DNA of 45,098 nt from contig CBDUQR010000023.1 of NCBI GenBank assembly GCA_965369655.1, forward strand, positions 1 through 45,098. The letters run 5' to 3'. The notes beneath the pieces are model-generated. The model saw nothing but the letters and a program-made list of their open reading frames with translations. It searched no databases and was not told the origin of the DNA. This document shows, in pieces, positions 18,893 through 28,400 of the stretch (its first letter is position 1; every line of letters starts with the position of its first letter). The translations under genes were made by a program, and so were the position numbers. The DNA comes from an uncultured bacterium. Its GTDB lineage: Bacteria; Zixibacteria; MSB-5A5; JAABVY01; JAHJOQ01.

Positions 18893-19595
18893 TGAGTTAC
18901 GGACTCGGCTAATCTTCGAGTCAGACAAACAGGTCCGGGCCGCGTGGAGATGCGGGCGGTTTACGCATGTCGTCGGGGACGGCGGGTAGTTCGTCGGCCT
19001 GGAAGCAGGGACCTGCGACTATGGTTTCCAGCAGTTTCGCTTGTTCGGGATAACCGTCGATTGTCGCTTCAAGCACCCAAAGCAGTTCGAGTAGTTCAGT
19101 GGTGAACTGGCTGGTCCAGCGTTCGGGGCGGATGTCGTCCAGCGGTGAGGATTTCTTACCCGCGCCTTTTTTCATGCGATACTTGAGCCATGACTGGACT
19201 ACCTTCAGCCCGGAGACCTCGAAATTGAAAACGTCGCAGGAGACCGGACGAAACTCACCATCGCCAATATGGAGTGTCCGCGTCGTGTCATTGTAATCGA
19301 ACTTCTCTGGATAGCTGTCCGATTCGCCGGACACAGCCTTGACACACTTCGTCCCACCCCGCGGGACATGACCGCGCTGCTTGCCTCTGGGGACGAAGCG
19401 TTCGCCATAAGTGTACAGCCAGAGGAGTCGCGCGCCGATGTCGCGGACCTGCTCGAACAACGCGATGTCCCTGGTGATCGGTACGCGTAGCTCGCGCGTC
19501 TCCAGTTCCTTCTCATATCGTGCGGTGAAGGCCGGTTGCGCCAGTGCGCCATAAACGTAAGCCAGAAAATCCTCCGGCGTGAGGTGGCACGGCGT

Positions 19596-19650
19596 GAAGT
19601 GGCACGGGCTTCCAGCCAGTGAATCATGGGCAGGATGCCCATGCCACTTC
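19596..19650 (+). repeat. 55-bp double-hairpin REP unit, copy 1 (inverted relative to copies 2-4)
   Basis: gaaGTGGcacgggc-ttcca-gccagtg-aat-catgggca-gga-tgcccatgCCACttc; read in the R-M frame as KWHGHPAHDSLAGSPCHF. Confidence 0.88.
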
Positions 19651-20361
19651 CTGCTGTATTCCTTGCCAAGCAGATCAAGTAGGCCGGGCAGGATGTTAGC
19701 CTCCGAAGCGTCAGCGGTGCGGTAAAGGGGAACAGTATCCTTTGCCCCCCGACCCGAGAAATGGTGCAGGTCTGGAATCAGTGCACAAGCCGTAGCGGCT
19801 GGTCCTTGTCCAAGAGGATGATTCAGGAGGCTCGTCAGATATATCTGCCGTTCGCCGTGAGCGCGCCAGAGAGCGGGACGGAAGTAATCGCCCAGTCGAC
19901 TGTCGGCAAAAACCTATTGCCGGTCAAATGAACGATAAGCGTAGCGTACGACACTCGGTGCAGAAGAATTGCAAGGCAATTGGTCGACAGGTTTCGCGGT
20001 TTCGTTAGTCTCTAACAATGATGAGCACTTGGAACTGATTTTGCGATCTCGCGTTTCCTTGAAAGCCATAACCATGTTTTCGGAGGTTAGCAATTTACGC
20101 CACCTAATCTCTAATGTGTCAGGGTTATGACAGATTGGCCAAGTGCGCTTCAACTGAACGCCGGAATGTTGCCACGGCATAAGGTCAGTAAGTAGCGGCC
20201 AGTCAAAGTAGTTGCCTTTGCAAGCCGGGCGGAACGGCGCTTGCCAGTCGTCGGGGCAGTCCTGCCATTTCACGGATTCAAAATCACCGATAGCGTCGAG
20301 TTCGGCGAGTTTGGTGTCGCGCGTCCCGTCGATACGGGCGTAATGGACCTTCGCGGGCGTT

Positions 20362-20416
20362 GAAGTGGCACGGGCATCTTGCCCGTGATTCATGGGCTGG
20401 AAGCCCATGCCACCTC
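20362..20416 (-). repeat. 55-bp double-hairpin REP unit, copy 2 (3' flank of RAYT)
   Basis: Minus strand gagGTGGcatgggc-ttcca-gcccatg-aat-cacgggca-aga-tgcccgtgCCACttc; encodes GGMGFQPMNHGQDARATS. Confidence 0.92.
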
Positions 20417-21015
20417 CAACCCACTTCCAATCTTCCAAGCCTGCCTTCTCAGGATTGCACAATACATACTCAAGGGAATGAGCAAGGTCCTGTTCATCTC
20501 GTATCAGATGATCATAGTACTCCGGCTGCCAGAAAGAGCCTTTGCGTTTCAGCGCTTTGTTAGCGTGGCTTGCGGTGAAGGACTTCCACGAATGCAGAAT
20601 ATTCGGCAATTCATGCTTTGGCAATGGTTGAACAACTACGTGAACATGGTTGGGCATTATGCACCAAGCCAGAAGTCGATAGCGCTCGCCGTCGAAATGC
20701 CTGAGCGCGTTGTCAATGATTTGAGCGATTTTGTCTTGCTTCATCCAGCACGCGCCGTGACCCGCGTCCATGTATTTATCAACCTTCTCGGAGAAAAGGT
20801 ATTGCAGTCTCTTTTCCTCGTCTTCAGAGAGGGAGCGGTTCATCTGCTTTGATATTTGAATGATGTTTTCGCGTTCAGCAAGCCATCCTTCGACAACAGA
20901 CTTCGGAAGAGAATCGCTGAGACGAAAGGTTACAGAATAGATCGAATGGTCCTTCGTCCAGTGCGGGAGGTATGCCCCCTGGCGGATTTTAACAGAGGAT
21001 TCCTCATTTGAAGTG
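20417..21015 (-). mobile_element. REP-associated tyrosine transposase (RAYT, Y1/HUH) domain embedded in frame in the R-M gene
   Basis: LPHW...YSVTFRLSDSLP, AWCIMPNHVH (HUH), ILHSWKSFTA, FWQ.EYYDHLIRDE, EYVLCNP..AGL (catalytic Tyr). No stop codon of its own. Confidence 0.9.
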
Positions 21016-21070
21016 GAAGTGGTATGGCCATCCTGGCCATGATTCACGGTCTGGAAGCCCGTGCCACCTC
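21016..21070 (-). repeat. 55-bp double-hairpin REP unit, copy 3 (5' flank of RAYT)
   Basis: Minus strand gagGTGGcacgggc-ttcca-gaccgtg-aat-catggcca-gga-tggccataCCACttc; encodes GGTGFQTVNHGQDGHTTS. Confidence 0.9.
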
Positions 21071-21276
21071 TGACGGTCACGGCGATGGCGACGGGCGTCT
21101 GGATGGCGAAGACATTATCAGTCTTACGAGTGCCACGCCCCTCACCACCAAGATCGAGAATCCAGATTTCATCACATACACGTCGCATGTGCTCGCGCAT
21201 CCCACAGAAGGCGTCGCCGTCGAGGTAGCTTGAGGCGCTGATAAAACTGACGACGCCCGGCCCGCCGGTGGGTTTG

Positions 21277-21331
21277 GAAGTGGCATGGCCATCATGGCCA
21301 TGATTCATGGGCTGGAAGCCCATGCCACTGC
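21277..21331 (-). repeat. 55-bp double-hairpin REP unit, copy 4
   Basis: Minus strand gcaGTGGcatgggc-ttcca-gcccatg-aat-catggcca-tga-tggccatgCCACttc; encodes SGMGFQPMNHGHDGHATS. Confidence 0.9.
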
Positions 21332-23380
21332 CGCCGCCTTCTCTTGTTTCATGCTCGAAGACCTTCCAGAGCGCCCAACGCCAGAAATAGACATACAGGT
21401 TATAAGCATTCTTGACGTGGATACCATGACCGGCGGCAATGACTGGATCAATGAAGTTTCTGAAAATCGAGTGTCGTTCTCTTTCTGTCAATCTCGCTTT
21501 AGCAGACTTGAGTTTCCTTTTCTTCCCTTTCTTATCCTTTATCGTATCTGCGGGTAAAGGATCACCAAAACGAACCCATCCTCCATACCGCGATAAGTTT
21601 TCCTCATCTTTGGTATCTACTGCCTCATGCCGGTCATAGGGCGGATTGCCGAGGCAGACGATGACAGGAACCTCCGCTTTCACACGGGTTGCTTTCTTAT
21701 GTTGTTCGGCGAACGCTTTTTGGGCAAATCCCATCACCGTCTGCGGTGGCTTAGCGTTCGGGCTTTCGAGTGTGTCAGTCAGGTAGATGTGCGTGCCGTC
21801 TTTGGGTAGTTCCGCGCCACGGTCTCGCAGGGCGCGACTGACGCGCAGTTCGGTCACGGCGTATGGACCGACCATGAGTTCAAATCCGTATAGGTTGTTG
21901 GCTAAAGCAGTCGCCTGACCTGCAACGGCACCACCGCCCTGTTCGGACTCGATTCTGCCAAGCGCGTGTTCGATGACGCCCAGTAAATAAGTTCCTGTTC
22001 CGGCAGCCGGATCAAGAGTTATTACGCTGGGGTCGGCGAAGCCGAGCGGTTTGTTCAGCCGGTTGACGAGCAGGTCGTCGATCAGGCGCACCTGTGCGCG
22101 GACGACTTCAATGGGAGTGTAGTAGGCACCGTAATCCTTGCGCAACTTGGGGTCGTAAACCGCGAGGAAATCTTCGTAGAAATAGAGCCAGGGGTCCTCT
22201 GGACCGGTCAGACTTGCCGTAGGTATGAAGCCAATAACTCTAAGGATCAGATTGAGCGAAGCGGAGATTTCTTCCCGTGCATTCGTATCAGTCAACACCT
22301 GAAGCGCACGAGAGAGTAGACTGTGCTGTGCATCAAGTGCCTTTTCTGCGCTATCGAGCGTTAGCGGATCGGCACCTTCGCTGCGTCCTAGCAGCAGAGC
22401 GAAAGCCACGGTTTGGGCATAGGCGTCGGCGAATTGTTCGTCCGATGCATCAGGGAAGAGGAGTTCACGCCAGTCCTTCGCCAGTTGGACGAGAGGCGAA
22501 TCCGAATCTTTGAGCGCGTCGGTCACATCATCGCGTAACATTCGACAGAGAGGAGCTATCATTGCCGCAAAGTCCTTGAGATCGATCTTCCCATTGCGGC
22601 CCGTGGGGATGATGGGTTCCCAGGACAGGTAGTCGTGCAAAAGGCGCTCGATTGCATGGGCATCAGGCGGGGTAGCTGCTTTCTTTCCCTCTTTGGAAAT
22701 ATCGCCTGAGAGACAGACGATCTTGTCTACAAGTACACCACTGCGATAGAGCGCCCATTCGTTGCCGTCGGTGTACAGGATATTAGGGATGGAAGAGAAA
22801 CGTTTCCATTGGTCGCGATTGTGGCCTTTGAAGCGCTTTACATTTGCGCCAACGCCGGGAGCCTTGAGTTCGACATAACCTGAAAGAAGCTTGTTGTGAT
22901 GAACAGCGTAGTCAGGTCTCCCGAGACGATCAGGCAGAGACGTTTCGCCCGTGCAGACCAGATTCAAACGCAACGCGTCGGCAACGCTCGCCATGAAGTT
23001 CTCGAACGGCGCGCGCAATTGGTCTTCCCGTTCGCCGCGCGTCATCTGCGACATTTTGTTCGTGACGGTCTGGGCTAAAGCTTGAAGGGCACCCAATATC
23101 GATTCGTCATTGGTCATGCAGAATGTCCCTGATCATTTCGTTGGTGTCTTCTCGCATCCCCATCTTCATGGTTGCTCGGCAATCATGCGCATAGATCAAT
23201 AAACTATGCAGAGTCTATGCGCATGTGTCAAGCGCCAAAATGAGCATTCTGCACTTGGGTTATCAATGTCCGCAAAGCTATATCCAGATATTGCTCCTCC
23301 ATTTCGCCCTTGACTTCACACGTACATCGCGTACCATATGGCGTTGTTTTGGTATAGATAGACGATCCCCGGAGGAATCG

Positions 23381-24775
23381 ATGGACTATTTCACTCGCAC
23401 CAAAGTCCGCGCAATCATTCTCGATGATGAAGTTGAACTCGGCGGTAGGCTGATCATTCTCGGATGGGTTCGCTCAATCCGTGTCTCGAAGAATGTCGCT
23501 TTTGTCGTAGTCAATGATGGTTCGTGCATGGGCAATATACAGGGCGTAATCGAGAATCCGGAATCGTTCCCCGATCTCGAGAGAATATCGACTGGAGCGT
23601 CGGTCAGGATGGTCGGCGAACTGGTCGAGTCGCAGGGCAAAGGTCAGAAATATGAAATCAAGATCGAGACACTTGATTTGATAGGCGAGGCGGATCAGAC
23701 ATACCCGATGCAGAAGAAACGTCACAGCCTCGAGTACTTGAGAGAGATCGCGCATTTGCGTCCGAGAACAAACACGTTCGGTTGTATGAACAGAATAAGA
23801 TCGAAGATCGCGTACGCGGTTCACAAGTATTATCAGGAACGCGGGTTCTTTTACATCCACTCGCCGGTAATAACGGCATCCGACGCTGAAGGCGCAGGCG
23901 AGCTGTTCCGCGTGACCGTACTCGATTTCGACAACCCGCCTCGTGTCGATGGCAAGGTCGACTTCAGTGAGGATTTCTTTTCGGGCGAGTCTTTCCTGAA
24001 TGTCTCCGGTCAGCTTGAGGGTGAACTTCTCGCAACCGCGCTCGGCGACATATACACATTCGCGCCGACATTCAGGGCGGAGAATTCCAACACAGCGCGC
24101 CATGCCGCCGAGTTCTGGATGATCGAACCGGAGATGGCGTTCTGCGAACTCGAAGAGGACATGCAGGTCGCGGAAGAATTCCTCAAGTTCCTGTTCGAGT
24201 ATGCCCTCACTGAGTGCGACGACGAGATGGAGTTCTTCGGCAAGTGGGTCGACACGACCGTCCGCGAAACGCTTGAAGGCGTCATCAAGTCCGATTTCGA
24301 GCGAATAACCTACACCGAAGCTGTCGCGATTCTGGAAAGATCGGGCGAGAAATTTGAATTTCCCGTCAGTTGGGGTGTTGATCTCCAGTCCGAGCACGAA
24401 CGATTTCTGACCGAGAGATATTTCAAGAAACCGGTGATCGTCTACGATTACCCGCGCGAAATCAAGGCGTTCTACATGAAGGTCAATGACGACGAAAAGA
24501 CAGTCCGGGCGATGGATGTGCTCGTTCCAAAGATCGGCGAGATCATCGGAGGCAGCGAGCGTGAACCTCGCTATGATGTTCTCACACAGCGCATTAAGGA
24601 ATGTGGACTGCCGATCGAGCACTACGACTGGTATCTCGATATCAGGAAATATGGCACCGTTCCGCATGCCGGATTCGGTCTCGGTTTCGAGAGGACATTG
24701 ATGTACATCACGGGCATGTCGAACATTCGCGATGTGATCGCATTCCCGCGCGTACCGAGATGGGCGAAATTCTGA
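23381..24775 (+). CDS. asnS: Asparagine--tRNA ligase
   Basis: ATG 23381 with GGAGG RBS; GWVRS.R, HLRPRTN, D.EGAGELF.V, SGQLE.E, PTFRAENSNT.RH..EFWMIEPE, PH.GFGLGFER. Confidence 0.96.
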   Translation: MDYFTRTKVRAIILDDEVELGGRLIILGWVRSIRVSKNVAFVVVNDGSCMGNIQGVIENPESFPDLERISTGASVRMVGELVESQGKGQKYEIKIETLDLIGEADQTYPMQKKRHSLEYLREIAHLRPRTNTFGCMNRIRSKIAYAVHKYYQERGFFYIHSPVITASDAEGAGELFRVTVLDFDNPPRVDGKVDFSEDFFSGESFLNVSGQLEGELLATALGDIYTFAPTFRAENSNTARHAAEFWMIEPEMAFCELEEDMQVAEEFLKFLFEYALTECDDEMEFFGKWVDTTVRETLEGVIKSDFERITYTEAVAILERSGEKFEFPVSWGVDLQSEHERFLTERYFKKPVIVYDYPREIKAFYMKVNDDEKTVRAMDVLVPKIGEIIGGSEREPRYDVLTQRIKECGLPIEHYDWYLDIRKYGTVPHAGFGLGFERTLMYITGMSNIRDVIAFPRVPRWAKF

Positions 24776-25064
24776 TGCGATATTGTCCGAATTGGAACGT
24801 TGACATCAACGCTGGCAATCGCTGTTCGGCCTGATTTGGAGCGGTCAAATCACGAAAACTTTTTTTCGCGAAATGTCCAAAAACGTCATTTTTTTCTTGC
24901 GCGCTCAAATCAAAGGTTCTATTTTAGTCAGTAAATTAACGGGTTTCACGCCTGTCATACAACAGGACACCGATCTTACCCTTGATTCTAAAGGGGAAGA
25001 CGAGATAAGAGAATCAGGCTGTGACGCCCGGAGTTGTTGAAGGACTTCTTAACTAACGGAGGGT

Positions 25065-25367
25065 ATGATGCCCGCAAAGCCACTGACGAAATCGCAGCTT
25101 GTTACTAAGCTGTCGAAAGACCTTGAAATGACCAAGGTGCAGGTGAATGGTTTTCTCGACGAGTTGCACAAGGTAGCCGTCACAGAGACAAAGAAGGCCG
25201 GCCAGTTCACACTCCCCGGCTTCGGCAAGCTGGTGAAGTCGCACCGCAAGGCTCGTATGGGTCGTAATCCGCAGACCGGCGAAGCGATCAAGATTCCGGC
25301 CAAGACGGTCGTTAAGTTCCGCGTAGCCAAGGCCTGCAAGGACTCTGTCGTCCCGCCGAAGAAATAG
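25065..25367 (+). CDS. hup: HU family DNA-binding protein
   Basis: FTLPGFGKL...RKARMGRNPQTGE.IKIPAK..VKF; GGAGG RBS. Confidence 0.93.
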   Translation: MMPAKPLTKSQLVTKLSKDLEMTKVQVNGFLDELHKVAVTETKKAGQFTLPGFGKLVKSHRKARMGRNPQTGEAIKIPAKTVVKFRVAKACKDSVVPPKK

Positions 25368-25407
25368 TAAGCGGCCGCCAGGTCATACGCAGCTAAGCTG
25401 CAAAATG

Positions 25408-25445
25408 AAAATGCTGTCAGCGTCAACCGCAGGCAGCATTTTTTT
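25408..25445 (+). terminator. Intrinsic terminator, likely bidirectional, between HU and the R-M gene
   Basis: aaaatgctgtc...ggcagcattttttt hairpin with a T-tract and an upstream A-tract. Confidence 0.65.
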
Positions 25446-25460
25446 GTTAGTGCTATGTCG

Positions 25461-28400
25461 CTACTTCTGGGATGCTTTTCCCAGCAAGAGATCGTAGTGC
25501 TTGAGAGTGAGGCTGATAGCATCATCCAAATCGAACAGGCCGCTGTCATCAGTTCGTGCCCCCGCGAAAGTTGTCAGGATGTATTCAGCATCATCTTTCT
25601 CAATTCCATACAGGATGAAATAAGCCGCATCGAGTTCAGCTAACAGATTCTTCCGTTCATCAGGTTTCCATTTGTGAACCGGCGGATCGAATCCTGCTGC
25701 CTCGGCAAGAGGGATCATATCGTTGCTGGTGCAGGACAATTTGAGAACGCGGTCAGAAATCCATTTCTCAAGCGTCTGACGGCGATCCCACGGGCAGCGG
25801 TCAGAGTATCGGTCAGGCGACAATATGGGAAGCTGCTCGACGATAAAGAAATTGAGATGAACACCTCCAACCTTCTGACGAGCTACGAAATCAAGAACAA
25901 CTGTATTCAGATTAGCGAGTAGACAAGACTGCCTGCGGGCAGAAATTGCTGCATCAGTCTCAATGAGTGGTGCAGAATTCATAACCGCAGAGAGAGGTAA
26001 TTGTGCCGCTATCATCGTTCGTCGGTTTGTAGGGCTGGTAATGTCCTTGTAGCTCAGGATGCCTCGTTGCATAGTGCGCGAAACAGACGGAGGGATTTCT
26101 GCTGAGTTCACCCACCATCTTGGTTCTGGGACAAACTCCGGATTCTGATGCTCCACAAGACTTGCGGGGATAGTCTGTCCCTGCCTCATCCAATTGCTGG
26201 GATCAATCCTGATACTGGCAGCCCTATGATCATACATCTGAACCATCTTTGCTTCGTACAACGGTAGGTATGTGCTCTTTCCCTTTATCCATCGGTTCCC
26301 GACACGGCGGAATTTCTTTTCTTTTAGTTTCTCGGCATTTATGAACAGTTCCGCATCGTTGGTCTGATGGAACATAGTGTGGAATTTGATTCCCCACGGA
26401 TTCCCGCCTTCTTCGCGGTTTCTGTCTATGAGAATGGGTACGCGCCTGTAGATGCTTTTCGTTAGTTCCGCATCGCGTTGCGATCTGAAGATCGGGCAGG
26501 TGCGAGTATTTGGATTGAGCAGTTTGATGTCGGCGGGAGAAAGCTTGATATGGCGGCTCTTGTCTTCCAGTTCATCCACCCGGTGCGCGAAAAAGACAAA
26601 GTCCATGGATTTCGCTTTCTGTTTGCTGCCGCCAAAGAGAAGAACACAGAATTTATATCTGCTATCAACGTCCGGAAATACCTTCTTGCGATTCTCGAAG
26701 TCGTACAGTCCGGATAGTGACTCTGAAGAAACGAGAGCGTTGAAGAATTCTTTGGTCGTATTATCAGTTGCGATCCCGGATGGTACGAGCAAGCCGACGA
26801 GGCCGTTTGGCGCAACGATGGTACGTGCAAGTTCTGCGAACACGGAATATGTATTGACATCGCCCTTTCCCGTTAACGGGTATCGATCAGATTCGCGGAT
26901 GTATTTCAGCGCTCCTTCAGCATTTTCTTTTGCCTGAATGTATCGCTCGTACAACTCCGGGTTGCTGGTCTTGAGATCGTCTACCATCTGACGGCGTGTG
27001 GCGGCATTTACAGCCGAAGCGATCTTTGGATCGCTCGCATCGAAGAACTCCCGTTCCTGAAGCTTAATCCTCTCCCACGGTGGATTGCCAATCACGCAAT
27101 CGAATCCGTTTTCATCGCGCTCGAACACATCGGTAAATATCTCTCTCCAGTTCAGAGCACGGGCATCTACTTCCGGATCATCAACGAGACTGTTTCCATG
27201 AACGACATTCCTGGAAAGATCTGCCAGTGATTTGTCGGGTTGCGCGGAGCGAATCCACAGAGCGAGTTGAGATATTTCAACAGCTTCCTGAGACAGGTCG
27301 ACTCCGAACAGATTGTCATTCAGGATGAATTCCGGCACCTGATCCGCAAGCTGACTGTCGTCCTTACCGGCATGGTACACTATTTGATCGATTATGAAAT
27401 GGTACTTCTCCTCGAAGATGCTATATGCGCTGATAAGAAACGCGCCGCTTCCGCAGGCAGGATCCACGACCTTGATAGTCCGTACAAGGCTAAGGCATTC
27501 ACGCCAGAAATCGGCAGTTTCCTTTGATTGTCCTTCATCGCTTTGCGCATCAATCTGCACACCACGATTCCGGGCAAGCGCTTGAATTCTATCGTCGATG
27601 ATCTTACCGACAGTGTTGTGTGTGATGAATTCGGTGAATTCGGATGGAGTGTAGTAAACGCCGTGTCGCTTACGTTCGGCGGACTTGGTCATCCGGGGCT
27701 GCTCGTCATCAGTCGTAACCGCATCGAATAGCCCTGTCAACTTGATGCGCTCCAAATCGTTGATGGACTTCTCAAAGAGATGACCGAGGACTTCGACATT
27801 CACCTCGTCCCTGAAATCGTATTTACCGACGATCTCAAAGAAATCAGTCCACTCGTCATCGAGTTTCAGATTGTCAACTTCCGGATCTTCCCTGAAAAGA
27901 CCACCGTCAAATGGAGGAATACGGAGTCTCTTGTTCCCCTGGTCAACACTTCTAAAGAGATCGAGGAAGTTCTTCCATTTTGGATGCGTTACCTGGTCAA
28001 ATGGCGCCGATTGGCTGTACGCCTTGTGAATCGAGTTCTGAGGCAGCAGGTTACGATCTTCACAGAAAGCGACGAAAATGATCCGGTCCAGCAGCTTCTG
28101 CGCAATGCGAATTGCTTCGTCCTGTGATTTCTTATGCTGTGGTCCAGTCAGATGCTTGATGAGCTTCACGCGGTTTCTGTGGTAACTGTCGTACAGCTCA
28201 TCGCCAACCTCCTGTTGTCGCGCTCCGGTCTTTTCGAGAAGAACCAATGCCCTGGGCTTCTGTGCAGTCGTGCCGGGGAGAAGTCCTCCTCTTTCAAGAA
28301 CATAATAGAATTGCCTGAAGATTTCTTCTCTATGCAAGTCCTGCAATGTGAATAGCTGGTATGTTCTTGGCGTATGTTCGCGGTGATAGAGGCGGAAGCT

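Larger units (their letters stand above)
18921..23117 (-). pseudogene. Fused nuclease-N6-methyltransferase R-M gene with type ISP-like C-terminal specificity domain; one in-frame TAG (19914-19916), an in-frame RAYT insert and REP inserts
   Basis: RPDY...GYVELK (PD-(D/E)xK), YYTP, LDPAAGTGTYL (motif I), GNPPY (motif IV). Manual translation past the TAG stays open (VFADSRLGDYFRPALWRAHGERQIYLTS...PDLHHFSGRGAKD.VPLYR...) and joins ORF 18921-19460. Total 4197 bp = 1399 codons in one frame. Confidence 0.85.

Noticed and set aside
19914-19916. Amber recoding (pyrrolysine or alternative genetic code)
   Set aside because: TAG ends ordinary genes here (13370, 18892, 25367), no pyl genes are seen, and a TGG>TAG change is simpler.
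20362-21070. Intein or self-splicing intron (IStron) explanation for the RAYT insert
   Set aside because: No N-terminal Cys/Ser Hint block or C-terminal His-Asn; the non-RAYT sequence is only two 55-bp hairpin units, too small for a group I or II ribozyme.
19596-21331. CRISPR array
   Set aside because: Copies are 55 bp, irregularly spaced (766, 654, 261 bp), one is inverted, all are coding, and no cas genes are present.
23474-24667. 397-aa minus-strand ORF and similar ones (17744-18787, 16178-16978)
   Set aside because: Antisense to asnS, ALDH and the kinase; expected from codon bias in GC-rich genes.
24930-25050. Structured ncRNA or riboswitch upstream of HU
   Set aside because: Only short weak hairpins and no recognisable family motif; an Rfam search would be needed.
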